This document shows positions 61,551 to 64,000 of a DNA stretch of 64,000 nucleotides, piece by piece. The position numbers and the translations under genes were made by a program. Numbering within the stretch: the first letter of the stretch is position 1; each line of letters opens with the position of its first letter. Under the pieces are notes generated by a model. The model was not told where the DNA came from and searched no databases. It saw only the letters and a list, made by a program, of their open reading frames with translations. The stretch comes from Escherichia coli (GTDB lineage Bacteria > Pseudomonadota > Gammaproteobacteria > Enterobacterales > Enterobacteriaceae): assembly GCF_050920415.1 (NCBI RefSeq), contig NZ_CP169309.1, one strand, 5' to 3'.

Positions 61551-62332
61551 TGCTGGAAATAATCTACCAGGATGAATGGCTGGTTGCGGTAAATAAACCC
61601 TCCGGCTGGCTGGTTCACCGCAGCTGGCTGGATCGCGACGAGAAAGTGGTGGTTATGCAAACCGTGCGTGACCAGATTGGTCAGCATGTATTTACCGCGC
61701 ATCGGCTGGATCGACCGACGTCCGGCGTATTGCTGATGGGACTATCCAGCGAGGCCGGACGGCTGCTGGCACAACAGTTTGAACAGCACCAAATCCAGAA
61801 ACGTTACCATGCGATTGTGCGCGGCTGGCTGATGGAAGAGGCTGTGCTGGATTATCCGCTGGTGGAAGAACTGGACAAAATCGCTGATAAATTCGCCCGC
61901 GAAGATAAAGGTCCACAGCCAGCGGTGACACATTATCGCGGTCTGGCGACCGTAGAAATGCCTGTAGCGACCGGACGTTACCCGACTACGCGCTACGGTC
62001 TGGTGGAACTGGAGCCGAAAACAGGACGCAAGCATCAGCTCCGTCGCCATCTTGCCCACTTGCGCCATCCGATTATTGGCGACAGCAAACATGGTGATTT
62101 ACGTCAGAATCGTAGCGGTGCTGAACATTTTGGCCTTCAGCGGTTAATGCTGCATGCCAGTCAGTTGTCATTGACACATCCATTTACTGGCGAGCCGCTG
62201 ACTATTCACGCGGGCCTGGACGACACCTGGATGCAGGCGTTATCACAATTTGGCTGGCGTGGTCTGCTTCCTGAAAATGAAAGGGTTGAGTTCAGCGCGC
62301 CATCGGGTCAGGATGGAGAGATAAGTTCCTAA
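61550..62332 (+). CDS. truC: tRNA pseudouridine(65) synthase
   Basis: 260 aa; RluA-family motif [12 protein letters not shown]. Confidence 0.92.
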   Translation: MLEIIYQDEWLVAVNKPSGWLVHRSWLDRDEKVVVMQTVRDQIGQHVFTAHRLDRPTSGVLLMGLSSEAGRLLAQQFEQHQIQKRYHAIVRGWLMEEAVLDYPLVEELDKIADKFAREDKGPQPAVTHYRGLATVEMPVATGRYPTTRYGLVELEPKTGRKHQLRRHLAHLRHPIIGDSKHGDLRQNRSGAEHFGLQRLMLHASQLSLTHPFTGEPLTIHAGLDDTWMQALSQFGWRGLLPENERVEFSAPSGQDGEISS

Positions 62333-62349
62333 TCCAGGGAGAAAACGGT

Positions 62350-62799
62350 ATGGCGGAAATTGGTATTTTTGTGGGCACCATGTACGGAAATTCACTGTTA
62401 GTGGCGGAAGAAGCGGAAGCAATTCTGACCGCGCAGGGCCACAAAGCAACGGTATTTGAAGATCCTGAATTAAGTGACTGGCTGCCCTATCAGGATAAGT
62501 TCGTTCTGGTGGTTACGTCCACGACCGGGCAGGGCGACCTTCCTGATAGCATTGTGCCACTTTTTCAGGGAATCAAAGATAGCCTGGGCTTCCAGCCGAA
62601 TCTGCGTTATGGCGTGATTGCGCTCGGCGACAGTAGTTATGTGAATTTCTGCAATGGCGGCAAACAGTTCGATGCCTTGTTGCAGGAACAGAGTGCGCAG
62701 CGGATAGGGGAAATGCTGTTGATTGACGCCAGTGAGAACCCGGAACCGGAAACGGAATCAAATCCGTGGGTCGAACATTGGGGCACGCTGTTGTCCTGA
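62350..62799 (+). CDS. yqcA: Flavodoxin-like protein
   Basis: 149 aa; flavodoxin fold signature (VGTMYGNS... TTGQGDLP). Confidence 0.88.
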   Translation: MAEIGIFVGTMYGNSLLVAEEAEAILTAQGHKATVFEDPELSDWLPYQDKFVLVVTSTTGQGDLPDSIVPLFQGIKDSLGFQPNLRYGVIALGDSSYVNFCNGGKQFDALLQEQSAQRIGEMLLIDASENPEPETESNPWVEHWGTLLS

Positions 62800-63233
62800 T
62801 ACGTTCAGCGAGCGGTAAATGCCGTTTTAGCGGTGCTGAATCGAATCTTTTCAGGCAAATGCCAGTAAAAACTGCTTCATAGCGCGGATTTTTACTGGCG
62901 TTTGCCTGGAGTCAAGCGATCCATTTCATACTCTTCTTTATTTCTTCGTTTTAACCCTTCCTTTCTTATTCTTGTTTTCATTTCCGTGAAGTGGATTCCA
63001 CCGTCCAGGGCTAATGCCAAAATCGGGCCTCATTGAACGCATTAATGTTGTGTTGTTGCACGGTGAGCCGCTATGGCGCGCTTTTTATACTGTTATTGCC
63101 AGATATAAACACGCGCCGTATTCGGCGAACGACCTATAAAAACGGCAAAAAATACCCTACGTCACCTCTGATTTCCTGGCGATGTCGCAGTCCAGAGTGA
63201 GCGTGGCTAACGCGAATTTTCAGGAGTGCAACA

Positions 63234-64000
63234 ATGAGTTCTTTAAGTCAGGCTGCGAGCAGTGTGGAAAAACGCACGAATGCTCGTTACTGGATAGTGG
63301 TGATGTTGTTTATCGTCACATCCTTCAACTACGGCGACCGCGCTACGCTCTCTATCGCCGGTTCGGAAATGGCCAAAGATATCGGCCTTGATCCTGTGGG
63401 AATGGGCTATGTGTTCTCTGCTTTCTCATGGGCTTATGTTATCGGGCAGATCCCTGGTGGCTGGTTGCTGGACCGTTTTGGTTCAAAACGCGTCTACTTC
63501 TGGTCGATCTTTATCTGGTCGATGTTTACCTTGCTGCAAGGCTTCGTCGATATCTTTAGTGGATTCGGCATTATCGTTGCCCTGTTTACGCTGCGCTTCC
63601 TGGTCGGGCTTGCTGAAGCGCCATCTTTCCCTGGCAACAGCCGCATTGTTGCGGCCTGGTTTCCGGCGCAGGAAAGGGGAACGGCGGTGTCGATTTTTAA
63701 CTCCGCCCAATACTTCGCAACGGTTATCTTCGCGCCGATTATGGGCTGGCTGACTCATGAAGTGGGCTGGTCACACGTCTTCTTCTTTATGGGCGGTCTG
63801 GGCATTGTCATCAGCTTTATCTGGTTGAAAGTCATCCACGAGCCAAATCAACATCCGGGCGTAAATCAGAAAGAGCTGGAGTACATCGCCGCGGGTGGTG
63901 CGCTGATCAATATGGATCAGCAAAATACCAAAGTTAAAGTGTCGTTCAGCGTGAAGTGGGGGCAGATCAAACAGCTGCTCGGGTCACGGATGATGATCGG
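63234..64000 (+). CDS. gudP: Glucarate/galactarate MFS transporter, 5' part only
   Basis: Manual translation from ATG 63234: MSSLSQAASSVEKRTNARYWIVVMLFIVTSFNYGDRATLSIAG...; open to the window end, so absent from the ORF track. Confidence 0.85.
   Translation, partial: MSSLSQAASSVEKRTNARYWIVVMLFIVTSFNYGDRATLSIAGSEMAKDIGLDPVGMGYVFSAFSWAYVIGQIPGGWLLDRFGSKRVYFWSIFIWSMFTLLQGFVDIFSGFGIIVALFTLRFLVGLAEAPSFPGNSRIVAAWFPAQERGTAVSIFNSAQYFATVIFAPIMGWLTHEVGWSHVFFFMGGLGIVISFIWLKVIHEPNQHPGVNQKELEYIAAGGALINMDQQNTKVKVSFSVKWGQIKQLLGSRMMI

Overview
This window reads as an Escherichia coli chromosomal segment matching, from memory, the K-12 lysA-recBCD-fuc-csrB region in inverted orientation. Nearly all large ORFs are recognisable core genes: lysR (partial), lysA, galR, aas, lplT, tas, ygdR, ygdQ, mutH, rppH, ptsP, lgt, thyA, ppdA-ppdB-ygdB-ppdC, recC, ptrA, recB, recD, argA, amiC, mltA, tcdA, csdE, csdA, ygdI, gcvA, ygdD, rlmM, fucRUKIP/fucAO, xni, sdaB, sdaC, ppnN, queF, syd, yqcC, truC, yqcA and gudP (partial). 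RNA genes visible in the sequence are the OmrB/OmrA pair, four tandem tRNA-fMet copies, GcvB and CsrB. The one clearly accessory segment is an AT-rich ~5.5 kb block (about 32140-37650) between amiC and the tRNA-fMet cluster. It carries a RAT/terminator leader, a BglG/LicT-type antiterminator broken by a frameshift and an in-frame stop, a glucose-family PTS EIICB, a MalY-like PLP C-S lyase, a SIS-only KdsD-like isomerase and a D-2-hydroxyacid dehydrogenase. I believe this corresponds to the tRNA-Met-associated island described in uropathogenic strain CFT073, so it is probably not undescribed, but its substrate and pathway are unassigned as far as I know. Gene identities rest on reading the translated ORFs and on remembered gene order. 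No searches or computations were run, and all coordinates were counted by hand.
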